A DNA stretch of 62,708 bases, the filler included, from Choristocarpus tenellus KU-1152 (lineage: Eukaryota; Protista; Phaeophyceae): the NCBI GenBank assembly GCA_964200185.2. It is 11 parts of 11 records of this genome, joined end to end, with 100 filler letters (N's around TTAATTAATTAA, not from the genome) between each part and the next. Parts side by side here need not be neighbours in the genome. Positions count along the whole stretch, not along the records: positions 47,149 to 52,930 come from CAXNAD020009769.1; positions 53,031 to 56,789 come from CAXNAD020018097.1; positions 56,890 to 59,560 come from CAXNAD020025771.1; positions 59,661 to 62,708 come from CAXNAD020022703.1; 7 more parts are not named here. The stretch is one strand, 5' to 3'. The position numbers and the translations under genes were made by a program. Position 1 is the first letter of the stretch. Each line of letters begins with the position of its first letter. This document shows, one piece after another, positions 51,132-62,708 of this stretch. The notes below the pieces were generated by a model. The model had not been told where the DNA came from, searched no databases, and saw nothing but the letters and a program-made list of their open reading frames with translations.

Positions 51132-51765
51132 ATCAAACAAGGTCCCCCCCCCCCATAGAGACAAAACATGACATGTGAACCACGTCTGGCCCTGTCCGAC
51201 CAAGCTGAGACCCAACCAGACTCCATTAAATCAATTTTCAGAAACATTTTTCAGCGGGGCTGGTCCGCATTCAGTCCTTTTTTTCAAATCTCTGAAAGTC
51301 CTGCAGGCCTGGGCCTGTCGAAAGATATGTTTCCAGGGCCTGCATGAGGACTGGTCCTCTTAAAATCACTTGAGACCCTAGAGTATTTATGCCCCAAAAC
51401 TATTTTTATCGGGATGGACCTGTGGTCTGACTCTGTTGGAGTAACCCAATCCAGTGTAAGGCCATATATATATATGTTTTTTTTTTTGTGGCTTGAACTT
51501 TTCTATTATTTTTTTAGCCGTGTGTCCGTCAGGGTTACGAGGTTAAGGACTGAGGGTTGGGGTTGAAGAGGGGACGTGACACAGGCATGAAAAAACGTAC
51601 AAAAAACGTACCTTAAGTATAAATGCTACTGGTGTGGTCCTTTGTGTTGGACTCTACATTATGTTATTAACAAATGACTAAGGAAGTGAAGTAGTATGTG
51701 GTATAAAACACAGTCCATCAACAAGCACTACGTTGGGGGTTGGTAAGGGTGCAGGATACATCTAA

Positions 51766-52028
51766 GAGCCAAAGTATCTTGGAGGGTAGAGCCGCATCCA
51801 TTTGGGGATCAAAATCGAATGTTGTGATTTTGATGTAATTTTGTCCATCGTGCTTGTTAGGAAGTGTCAATATCCATGTTCTGGACACATCTTTTCATAA
51901 CATATAAACTTTACCTACTCAGAAACATTTCGGAGTAAGAAAATGTCATAAAAACCCCCGTGGGAATCCAAGCCCAAAACGGACAAACAGGGCAAAACTC
52001 GTACCCTAACCCTAAGATACTTTCACTC
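51766..52028. mobile_element. MITE family B copy
   Basis: TIRs and interior match family B. Confidence 0.9.
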
Positions 52029-52608
52029 GAAACATATGTATCATAATATGTATATTTAGAGTCCAATGATAGCTAGTGGTGGAGTACAGCGGTCAGAGGA
52101 GTAGACAATCTCATGCAAGAGTAGCACAGACTGGGGTACAAGAATCAAATCGTTGAACAGACCTCCTTGTGCTATTAATGGTCTGCTGCAGTAAGTCAAT
52201 TACAAGTAAAACGAAGGGGTCTCTACCCTGACCCTACCAAATATTACTGCCTGTAACCAGTGCTCCTGAGTAGAAAGTATGAAAATCCAAACTAGGAAGA
52301 ACCTCCGAGTTGTATTTTTAGATCGGAGAGGGGGGGAGGGGGGAGGCATGTGTTACCTCACTGACAAAAAATAATAAGGAAAAAAAACAGTGTGGGTATT
52401 TGAAGTAGGTCCATAGGTGTGTCTGAGACAAGGCTTGGTGGTTTTTTGTTGGTAGGACTGGAGATTTGAAGTATCGATGTTATCTCCATTTAGCTGTGGG
52501 CAACCAAAAAAAGGGAAACCAACACACCACTACAGTTTGCCTTGAGAATACCATCCCAAAATTGAATACACACACACACATACACACACAGACGCACACA
52601 CACATTAC

Positions 52609-52734
52609 CTTTGTCTGTCCTTGATGTGAGTCAAAGCCTCTGTCTCCTCGGGTATGAGTAAATGGAACAGCACCTTGACACCCATGAGGATGTGCTCAAA
52701 CACAAGCCAGATCAAGAACTTCTCACTTAGCTCA
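52609..52734 (-). CDS. Anoctamin/TMEM16-family exon (last TM helix); further exons possibly near 50540-50669 and 49940-50077
   Basis: cag|..EKFLIWLVFEHILMGVKVLFHLLIPEETEALTHIKDRQ|gtaatg matches the FEHxxxxxK..IP..RQ motif. Confidence 0.8.
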
Positions 52735-52810
52735 CTGTACCATATTATCAAAGTGAAGAAGCACCAGAGTCAGTACCAAGATCAATCCAGTGCTATATAT
52801 ATAATACATT

Positions 52811-52851
<41 letters not shown>

Positions 52852-53060
52852 ATTTCTACAGTATGAAACACACACATGGGAGGGGATGTGGTGAAGTAGT
52901 CAAGGCAAACCCCTGGTTGATCAAGCCCCCNNNNNNNNNNNNNNNNNNNNNNNNNNNNNNNNNNNNNNNNNNNNTTAATTAATTAANNNNNNNNNNNNNN
53001 NNNNNNNNNNNNNNNNNNNNNNNNNNNNNNGGGGGGGGTTGGGGGGGGGGGGGGCGGGAA

Positions 53061-53095
<35 letters not shown>

Positions 53096-53800
53096 GAGTA
53101 AGAACAACAAACTAGCTTAGGCTAGCACCACCTCATCAATCGCCAGACTGTAATCTCAACATACTGGGTCCCACCTTAGCATTGGGGTATCCTTGCCAAA
53201 GTCATTCAAGTGTGCATCACATGCAGGTGACATCTCCACAACACAATACCTGCAAAAAAACTTGAATATTTGAAAATAAAAACTATGTAATGCATGTGCA
53301 GATCATCAGACATACAGCCATGATAAGACATCCATTCCACGCATTGCCAATCATTAGAACTTGAAGTAGGTTATTATGTGTTAAATAATTTCGACGGCTA
53401 TGTAGCCAGCACTGCTACTCACTGGGGGTACAGGGTTTTTCTGTGTAAAAATGAAGGGTTTGAGCCAGGCATGACGATTTGTCACTTGCCCAACGATACT
53501 GTGGGCCGACAGGGGCAAGGTTGTTCTTCCTTGAGTAATTATTTTTTCTTTGGAAAATTGTTTTAAATTGGTATCAATCCACACTCCCTGGGATGTCCAT
53601 CCCTGTCACAGCACTACACATTGGACACAAGAAAAAAAGTTCTAATTGCAGCTTGCTTTACTCTCCTTTTTCTTTTCAGACAGTGTATTAATATGACAGA
53701 AGTCAACCCTAACTCTCACAACCCTAAACCTCTCTCTCTCTCTATGCACCGTACAGAAGCATATGGGCAAGGGAGGGAGGGAGGAGGTGTTCTTTCTTAC

Positions 53801-56408
53801 AAAGCAACGGTTGATGTAGCTGACTGCCTTTGGACGGTTTATGCCATTCCAATCCCCAAGCATGCTGCACACAGCGCAGGCACAGTACAGGAACCTAAGG
53901 TCACCTGGTCCCAGTACATTGCCTGCCATGGCAGAAAAACTATGATGTCATCGTATCATGCACCATAGAGGGTCATGTGTGATGAGGCTGGTGAGGTGTG
54001 GGGAGAGATGCTTGACGAGGAAGTAGTGGGGTCAGGAATGGAACTCTAGGGGCTAGTTCCAGTGTTGCTGACTTGGATGCTGAGAAGTGGTGTTAAATTC
54101 TAAAATTCTAACATATTTCAGAGTACGGAGTTGAAGTTACAAGCCATACAGTCCATACTGTTTCCATGGGGGGTGGGGTTGTGGCCCCGCCATCAGAGTC
54201 TAGTACCTTGGGGGTATTCACTGTATCATACAATGAACCTACAGACTGTAGAAGTATGCTAGGACCGGCAACAGTCCTACTATCATCACAACACCACTAT
54301 TAGCACATGTCCCATTGCGTCATACATAGCTCAGCAGTCCTCATCAGGTAACAGGAACGTAGACAACCCAGTTGCACACATTGCTCTGTGCTGGCTCTAA
54401 ACCTCACCTCAATACCAAATCAATGTTGATGTGTTCGACAGAAGGTACCAAAATAATAATGAGACTATTGACTCAAAAAGGAGCATCAGATTGGTCAACC
54501 TCCAAATCAACGCCAGTCGTCCTGTGTGTGAAGACTCTTGCCTATCCCCCCTCTGCAATATCTCAGCAATGCATAGCTCCAACCACTCTGTCCTGTGATT
54601 GTGCCATGATGCGCATAAGCGACATAGAGGAATCTAAAACAATCTGCAAGTCAAATATGGTACTGTACTACTACTGGAGTAATTGCACCACTGGACAGTG
54701 GACCTTTCATATTGCAGATACATGCCACATGTGCTATTTACAGTGGTCACAAAAAAGATTCGGTGCTAGTAGTCCTTATCCTCAATATGAAGTCACAAGA
54801 AGCACAGAATTACTGCTGTAAATACAAGAAGAGTGATACAGAAGAAGCTTCTGGATCCATTCTCCTAGGAGTAAACCCTGGACATCAAACACCACAAGCT
54901 CACCCGCCATCCTCCTGCTGCAATGCCCCCACAGCGCAGATAATGGCTTGCTTGTTGATGCCTCGCCCATCATCTCCCAAAGCAGCAAGAGATGCAATCG
55001 CCGTGTAAGTCATTGCCAGGTGACCTTGGTTTACAGCATAACCACCCAACACCTGGGAGGGATCTTCCTGTTGATGTGCAGCCACAAGGGGTCAAGGTGG
55101 AGTGGGAGCACGCACATAGAGGCAAAGTTCAATCTATGTTAAAAAAAAGTAGTATTCTGCGAGGAGTGATGAAAGTAAAAATGCTACGGGTTTGCACTGT
55201 CCACACAATTTACAGTTGTACCTGAAGACTAACAAGGGGTTACCAAAAGCGACTGATAGAAAATGCCAACAGGCCTCATCTGTTGCAATTAGGAAGGAAC
55301 AGCCCCTGCGATTGCTAACTCTACCTCTGTACGTGATCAGCCACTCTACCTTTGTTTCGGACTGCAATCATCACAGTTATATAAACTCGACCGCTCACCA
55401 GGTTGCTGAACTGGAGAGGGACATTGACCGATGGTCCGTCACGAAAACCGCACCTTCGCCACGACTCTACCGAGGACATGAGAATAAGAACAATTGAGAA
55501 TTCAAGGTGAGGGCAGATTGTCATATGGTATGAAAATGACAGAAGAAGTAAAATCGAAATAATTTAATGGGATTCAAAATAGCCTCCACCCTTTTCCGGA
55601 GGCCAATTCATCTTCATTTCTAGGATCTTGGTGTGGCCCACACGCAGCAGGGTAGAAACCACTAGCTAGACCAATCGACGACTGGGCGATAGGAGCACTA
55701 ATGCACGGCGAAATGGTTGGTGCTCACTTCGTACCCCCGAGGTTGGTCGATGGAAGGAGCCTGCTCCGACATGCTCCAGGTATCTTCTACATACTTCTCT
55801 ATCACACTGGTCACAGCAAGACCACTCGACTATTCAAATGATACGTTTGCTTCGATCTTTCACTGATTTTGACGGTCTATCACCGCTGCCGAAATCGGGA
55901 CATGACCAGCCGTGTCGTCCAGAAAGCTCATTCTAATCGTATCATTCAATATGTCGAATCAGTCCCAACTGGTACGAGATGTTTATGCCTTGAACCACTC
56001 GAGGGAAACACTAAAAAAAATGTGGGCCCCATTGTCCATGCCTTTTAGTTGCAGACATCGTACACTTGTCACGCTAATGCCCGACCTGGGTTTGAAGAAT
56101 CTGGTAGCACCTGCTGTGTGTATATCCACTCTCGCACAGCGGCCTTGTCTTTCTCCGGCAAAGCGTCAAGCTTCCCAAGCAGGTCTAGACCATGGACACA
56201 AAAGTGCACTAGTGTCATCTGTGGATATGGCGCATGTCCACAGAGGTTGTCAGCAAGATCCATTGTAGCACAGCCAGAACTTTATCCTGCTTGCTTTTCT
56301 CATGCCTACCCTTTGGGTGTCCGCTTGGAGGTACTGTCTTGGCAAGCCTGGTTCACCCAAACTTCTCATGAAGAAAGAGACGTGCGCGTCCCAGTCGAAA
56401 TATGACAT
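53801..56408 (-). CDS. PGGT1B: Geranylgeranyltransferase type I beta subunit, 5' part; exons 56408-56310, 56218-56086, 55466-55399, 55067-54904, 54633-54584, 53904-53801
   Basis: MSYFDWDAHVSFF..ADTQRMTLVHFCVHGLDLLG..WIYTQQ, CGFRDGP, GHLAMTYTAIASLAALGDD..LQQEDG, DLRFLYCACAVCSMLGDW. All junctions are GT-AG and in frame. Confidence 0.92.
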
Positions 56409-56889
56409 GTCCTAGCAGATAGCTTATTCTCCGCAGCGAGGTACAAATGACAGGTTCAGCTGGTACTCACCAATGTCGATCTACATTCAGTCCTGTCTGA
56501 TCGAGAAAGTAGTTTTTTGAACAAAACATCTCAGCATGAGGAAAATGCCTCCATAGTGAAATGAGTTTTTCTTGAGAAACCTTGCCTTATCAAAAACCCA
56601 CCACCCTCACATCGTGGAGGGAGGGACAACTTGAAGCAATAACAGGGGCGTTGGTGCAGGCCTGACCCGGCCTTGTAGGCGATTCGTTGGTCACTAGGTC
56701 GGTGACCGAAAAGCGAGAATGCCGGACTCGGCAGCAAGTCCTGCTGGGGGGGACCCTGGAACGGTGGACCTTGAGTCCAAGGATATCTGNNNNNNNNNNN
56801 NNNNNNNNNNNNNNNNNNNNNNNNNNNNNNNNNTTAATTAATTAANNNNNNNNNNNNNNNNNNNNNNNNNNNNNNNNNNNNNNNNNNNN

Positions 56890-58480
56890 CTCTGACGGCT
56901 TGAAGCACGTCGAGTTTGTACCTGATGATCCTCGACCCCCACCTTTTCTGAAAGCTGAGATTGTCAACCCGATTTCATTATGTGGGGTTATCGTCCGATT
57001 CGGCGCCGTTCTCGTTCGGCGAGCCCAGATGTTTCGCGGCACAAACTTATGGCACAGAGGTAGTACTGGAGGCACAATAATTCAATTATGCTGCTTGATA
57101 AACAAGGAAATGCATCCCAGCTAGAAGTATCGCAATTTCCTCCTTTGATACATATCTTCACACTCTGAATCAAACAAAATGCATATTCTGCCTGCCAGGT
57201 GTGACGTTGAGACAACCTGCAAATTACATGCCCCAGTAAATGGTACACCGGCAGGGAAACGGGTACTGATCAAAGAGCTGCACTTCCTTAGATGCTGGGT
57301 TATGTGTCAATCTTCAACACACATCCCAGCAACATCCGAATCAAAAAGGAAGCGTACGAAGGTGGACCATTGTTCAAAATTCTGTCTGTCCCTCATTCCT
57401 TGCAGTGTGTGCACAGATGTAAACTCAATCTTCCTCAGCGAGTCTTGCGCCTCATAATCTGGCACATCTCTTTTCCTGACTCTTCAAACTCCCACAGCAA
57501 GTGACTAGCTTGCACGAATACGGATGTAGAAAGGGATAGTGTAAATAACGCTCCCTCGAAGAGAGTACCTGATGGCGACACAATGGAAATGACATCAATA
57601 TGCTATATCTCTCACTTTGAACATTCACTATGACATTTGATTGACGTAAAAAAAGGATAACGAAGACCTGTGCAAAGAATGATCTCAATAATGATTAAAA
57701 AAAAGAATAGTCAAGTAGGACAACAACAAAAAATCCAGAACTTCAAGCTAATCATGGCGCTTACAAAACTGCCACTGAGATCCTTTTAACCAGCGAAAAT
57801 AAAGGAAGTTATCATTGTTCAATAATGATGCTTGGGGAAGAGGGGCACAGAGTTCTGCTATGCCATTGTTTCTAACAGAGAGTGCGTTGCCCTACGGTTG
57901 TTCACAAACGTACCGTTCACAACTACCATTTTTTTTCCCATTAATTAACGATTAAGACAAGAGCTTCAAGATCTACTCAATGTAGCACATATATATATAT
58001 ATATATAGATAACTGTCGGTCAAGGCAAATTGACAACGGCACGACATACCACACTCGGAGTACCCTGTTCGTCTGGTGTGCAAGAGCTCTGGAACACTCT
58101 CTTTGAAATTGTCTCCAACCACGTGCAATGACACCTAATGCATTGAGGTGAGATGGGGGTAGCTGCAAGGTCCTCTCAAGGGACTCTTTTTCTTTCGTTT
58201 TGATTAAGATTCCCAACAATACTCCAAAGAGGAACTAGGTGTAGTCGATCACGAGAAGCATTCAAAGGGTGAAGCAACACTCTTCTCACTTATCCGTCTT
58301 GCATGTATTCCTCTTTTTGTTGCAGCATTTTCCTTTCTTGAATTTGGTCTTCTTGCTAATATTTGCGTCGTGGCAGCGGTCAGACCTCTTGAAGCACATC
58401 ATCTCCCCAAGGGCAATGTGTTCGATTAGACTCTTCCACTCTATCGGACAGTTACGGTAAAATATGTATGGAGTAAAGGA
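56890..58480 (-). mobile_element. Possible CACTA/Plavaka-type transposase remnant
   Basis: Only a weak motif (LHLVPLWSIVGNLNQNERKR) in a stop-riddled frame. Confidence 0.25.
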
Positions 58481-58851
58481 ACAATCCATTAGTGGTTGAG
58501 TTATCAGAGAACGTTTTACTAGTGATTAGTTGTATGAGAAAAATTCTCATATACAATGGAAATATTTATGGTTTCTGGGGCACTGCATGCCCCACTTAAC
58601 TTTAATCAATCGCTCTACGACATCACGCAATCTCGCTGGGTTTATCACCTTTATCCTCTTTGATGTTTTGGGAGATACTTTAACACAATATATATGACCT
58701 CAGGTTTCTAAACCATCATTTCATCATGTCTACATGAGGAGGTGCGATTCAAGAATTGCCGTAACCTGTTCCTTCCGAGGGACAATCTGTCCAAGAATTC
58801 AGACAGCTTATGGCGATAGTAGCGGAGTTGACAAGAAATGTTGGCAATCTC

Positions 58852-59560
58852 ATGGTTCAGTCTGAAAGATTCGGCGACGGAAATCGTCCCGTCATCCAGG
58901 CCGCTGTGCCCAGCACACGGCCTCTGGCTGGGCATGTACCAGTCGAAGTGGGTCCTATGGAACCCATTTTGAGGAAAAAATTCCCAGAGAGGGGAAACAG
59001 TTTGCTGTGAGCGTCAGAAGTGGGGCGAGCCGGAGGTCTGGTTCTTCGGAGAGCTTGGAGTCAGGCACACATATTGTTCGCCCTACGACAAAGAGATCAA
59101 GAACCCAACCACCGAAATTATTGGACGACTCGGACTACCGGGACTGGCGGAGGCGTTTCATCGTGCATTGCAGATATACCCACTGCTTGGGTACGTTGAC
59201 AAGTGAAAGACCAGTCAATCAAGAACGCTCTTACGAGGAACTTCTCTCGGACGGCTTCAGTGCAAATGATATCTGGATAGCCGAAGAGGCCTACCATGCA
59301 CTTACTGTTGCTCTCGTTGCACCCACCACCAGGGCACTGTGCTATACGCACCAAAGCTTGAGCGAGATTTTCTGAGCAATAGATGATTGGTTCATGCCTA
59401 ATACAGTGGGTAATGGCCAACATCTGTTCCGTGAGTTTTTTACTTCAAAGGTGGAGAAGGGGGCGAATCCGATCCTGACCTTAAACCACTTGGAAGATGT
59501 TAAAGTATCCCCAAAATCATCAAAGAGGATAAAGGTGATAAACCCGGCGAGATTGCTTGG
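58852..59560 (+). mobile_element. Copia-type gag remnant
   Basis: PPKLLDDSDYRDWRRRFIVHC...EAYHALTVAL...SLSEIF*AIDDWFMP...LFREFFTSKVEKGANPI. One stop and one frameshift. Confidence 0.7.
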
Positions 59561-60403
59561 NNNNNNNNNNNNNNNNNNNNNNNNNNNNNNNNNNNNNNNN
59601 NNNNTTAATTAATTAANNNNNNNNNNNNNNNNNNNNNNNNNNNNNNNNNNNNNNNNNNNNGGGGGCTTACACCAGGGTGTCCATTTGGGTCCTGACCAGT
59701 AGAAGTGCACTTGCATTATCCATTCGACGCATGTAATGAAATCACCCAGAAATCGCGACATGAAAAAATGGGCCCCAAATGGACAGTTTTCACCCCCCCC
59801 CAGACACTTCGAGTCGGAAGGAGATACTAATGCAATAATCTTGTCAGGAGTAGTACTCTATTCGTGCGTGAGGATAGTGATGGTAGAATAAATATTGCTC
59901 AAAAGGTAGTGTCGTGAGGGAAGACAACAAATAATATTGGTATCGCGTACCACTACTAATTACACCAGTTGGAAAGAGAAGGTGAAAATGGGTGCCCACT
60001 ACAAACGCGAATATCATCCCCATACATCTGCCAGAACTTTGACCCTAAAATCTGTGTGTGGTATGTAGCAGTCGGGGCAATAAGATTGCGGGGGAATGAT
60101 GAATGGATAACACACCAAATACAAATACCCGAATCAAGTTATTCCTGACAAATCATATCATTTTTTGGGTTGTTGTTGAGATTTCTCTCAGCACGTCCAC
60201 AATCCCAAAAACTCAAAAACCCTTATACACTACTCTTCTCATCATCCTCGCAGGATGCCCTTGGCCAAGTGCTGGGGACATCCGGTGGTCAAGTGTGCGC
60301 TGACGTGAGAAGTATTAGCCAGTGGCTAGTAGCGAGCAAAGGTTGTGGTGGGTAGGTGTGGACCTAGAGCTTGCTTGTGACTGCCTTGTTCGAGGCCAAG
60401 ATC

Positions 60404-62095
60404 ATGGGAGGAGGAAGGCACGATAGCAGAGGTGGAGGAGGGGAAGGAAGAGCTAAGGGAATTTCTAGCGGTGCAATGGGGTGGGCACCCAATGGTTGGG
60501 GGGATTATGGGGAAAGTGAGTTCAATGATAAGAAGAAGTTGGTGGACGAGACCCATGCTCCAAAGCGCATATCGCATATCCAGTTTGGGCTCCTCAATGC
60601 CGAGGTGAGAAGTTGTTGAGATGAAGCTCTGACTCTTGGTGCTAACTGACGAGAGTACTGGCATGATGTTCATTTGCATTTTGTGTAGGGACTGTGTATG
60701 AGGAGAGGGGGTGCATAAGTGAGGACGAGGGGCCCAAAGTAGAGGGGTCAAGACCCGAGATAATAATGCTTTTTGATGTAAATGCAGGAGCTCAACAACA
60801 TTGAGATGAGCCAGTAGAGTGTGAGGATGAGGGGGTGGAAAAATCAGGTTGTAAGGAATTGGCCAAGTGATCTCTTCTTCAAGGCTCGCAAAGTCCCGAA
60901 GAAACCTGGACGCTGAGCATTACTCAACCTCCTGTGGGATGAGCGACTCGGAATGCTTATGCAAGATGATCTTGCGTAATTGTTTCACGCGTAGCTTATT
61001 CGACCATCTGCTGGATATTTTAGTCTATCGACCCCACTGGCTCTGGTATACAATGCTCTCGCTGTCGATCGACCGACTCTCTAACAACATGCGTCAGGTA
61101 TGTACGCAGGATATTTTTTGCCTTGAAGGGACGGATGATTTCATGTGTATACATAATGTAATTCCGATCAACTGCCATGCATAATGCCTGATACACTACG
61201 CTTTCAACAAGTGGCTGCGATGCACCTTTTAAGCTCCATTATCAGGGTTCCACGCCTTGATGCAAGATTGAAGCAGTTGATATTCATCTCTGAGAGGTGG
61301 AACTCCCAAGAGGCCAATCCTTGATACTGAAGAGAAGCAAGTGCACACAAATAGTAGACTGATTGCCACGAACTGCGCAAATTTTGTCACGATGAGGTGT
61401 GGTTCTATGCCCAACTGTGATCATTGAGGTCTGACTGAAACGTGTTTTGGTCTGAGGCCTCCACTGATGTGTGCAACGACTGCTGAGTGCATCTCTACCC
61501 TACCTTATCATCCCAAGAATGAGTGTGCTCGTCTATCCTCTTGTCCTTCTCCTCATAATAGCGATGATCCTCAGGACTTCTTGGCTAATTATGTTGCTTC
61601 CAGGGGATCCTATCATTTTGATGTAATATCTACACAGCACTCTGTAGGGCCTTTGGTGAGCAATATTTGATAATCCTTCTTCATGCAGGTCGATACGCCA
61701 TGCACTTCATGGCAATAAGTGATGGCATTGACCTGCCTGTGCCATGGTCCATACCTTTCATACTCTTCCCCTCAGTGTAATCTCCACCTACAGTATTATA
61801 TACTCCTGTCTTTACCTGAGAGATTAAGACATCAGAGTCCCCGGAATGGGCCAAACTGGAGATCTGTCTCCTTTTGAGGCCAAACGTATGGATGATGCGC
61901 CACTTTGAATGATTTCCTTTGACTGTGTCATGACCCCAGTAATGTGTTTTTAGCTCTCTCTCTCTCTCTCTCTCTGTTACAATCCAAGTTTTGTATTTGT
62001 TTTTATTTTTTTTCCCAGTGGTGGTTCCTAATACCGTTATGGGTTTCGAGGCGCGGCTATCAAACCTATACAAATACCTGTTCGTTTCAAATGCA

Positions 62096-62128
<33 letters not shown>

Positions 62129-62520
62129 GTTATTATTTTATGGTTTGGGTAATACTCACACGCCGCTTCCACACATACCTGTTTGTGATTCAGTTCCCGT
62201 TGCATAATGATATGCTTAAGTCTGAGCCCAGCACAGAAGAGGCAATGGTGTCGCTCCCCCCTTCCCCCCTCCCCCATCCTTCATCAAGTCGATGCCCTGG
62301 ATTTTTGGTTCTTGTGCACGTGATTTAACCCTAACCCTAAACCCTAAATCCTAAACCCTAAGCCCTAACCCTAACTGACCCAGGAAGTAGTGCGCATGAG
62401 TCAGTTTCAAGTTTTTAGTCGGGAGCTCTTCAAGATGCCGGAGAGGGTTGCGGCGCACAATGGCTGCCTTGACCCTAGACTGGGGGTGTCCGACAAGATG
62501 TCCACCTGCAGCACTTGCAA
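60404..62520 (+). CDS. RPC1: RNA polymerase III largest subunit, first two exons 60404-60604 and 62384-62520
   Basis: KKLVDETHAPKRISHIQFGLLNAE|EVVRMSQFQVFSRELFKMPERVAAHNGCLDPRLGVSDKMSTCSTC, spliced in frame. Confidence 0.92.
62326..62375. repeat. Degenerate (CCCTAA)n telomere-like array just upstream of the RPC1 3' splice site
   Basis: Seen directly. Confidence 0.9.
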
Positions 62521-62532
62521 GTGAGAAGAGAT

Positions 62533-62583
62533 GATAGAGATAGAGATAGAGATAGAGATAGAGATAGAGATAGAGATAGAGAT
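62533..62583. repeat. (GATAGA)n microsatellite
   Basis: Seen directly. Confidence 0.9.
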
Positions 62584-62668
62584 TGGAAAGGCGTCGATGC
62601 CGGGGGCAGGGGGTATTTATTGGAAGGCGTTGGGACCGCGGCGAGGTGCACTCGTTTGTTTTTGAAGG

Positions 62669-62708
62669 TTAGGGTTAGGGTTAGGGTTAGGGTTAGGGTT
62701 AGGATTAG
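62669..62708. repeat. (TTAGGG)n interstitial telomere-like array in RPC1 intron 2
   Basis: Seen directly; it degenerates at the window end. Confidence 0.9.

Noticed and set aside
56471-56529. Extra coding first exon for PGGT1B
   Set aside because: Its phase does not join the MSYFDW exon in frame; at most a 5' UTR exon.
58805-58830. Primer-binding site for the copia element
   Set aside because: TGGCGATAGTAGCGGAG could not be matched to a specific tRNA by eye, and no second LTR is available.
9317-62520. Functional clustering of MOCOS, nad11b, anoctamin, PGGT1B and RPC1
   Set aside because: Each gene lies on a different contig separated by artificial spacers.
62669-62708. True chromosome end
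   Set aside because: It lies after exon 2 of RPC1, which needs far more coding sequence, and the array already degenerates (aggattag).

Overview
This is eukaryotic nuclear DNA, not a prokaryotic locus. It is 11 contigs joined by artificial 100-nt spacers (N44-TTAATTAATTAA-N44), so adjacency across spacers means nothing. The organism is most likely a brown alga (inference from a nuclear C-terminal half of nad11, GT-AG introns of about 90-1800 nt and TTAGGG repeats). Recognisable spliced host genes, all partial, are molybdenum cofactor sulfurase, nad11b, an anoctamin exon, GGTase-I beta and the Pol III largest subunit; there is also one tRNA-Val(TAC) and an unidentified Cys-rich multi-exon gene. 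Much of the rest is decayed TEs: CRE-like RLE LINEs, copia, Harbinger, pogo, mariner, and three MITE families with related termini and about 4-bp TSDs. Best leads: (1) a mosaic of three unlinked Rickettsiaceae-like gene fragments (IS256, gltP, traD) inside a host contig; (2) a decayed ORFan gene with about ten 42-77 nt introns beside a 42-bp tandem array, possibly an endogenous intron-rich virus or giant element; (3) telomeric and other simple repeats polarised at intron ends, with (CCCTAA)n in the branch-point position of an RPC1 intron. All identifications come from manual translation and remembered motifs; no searches were run.
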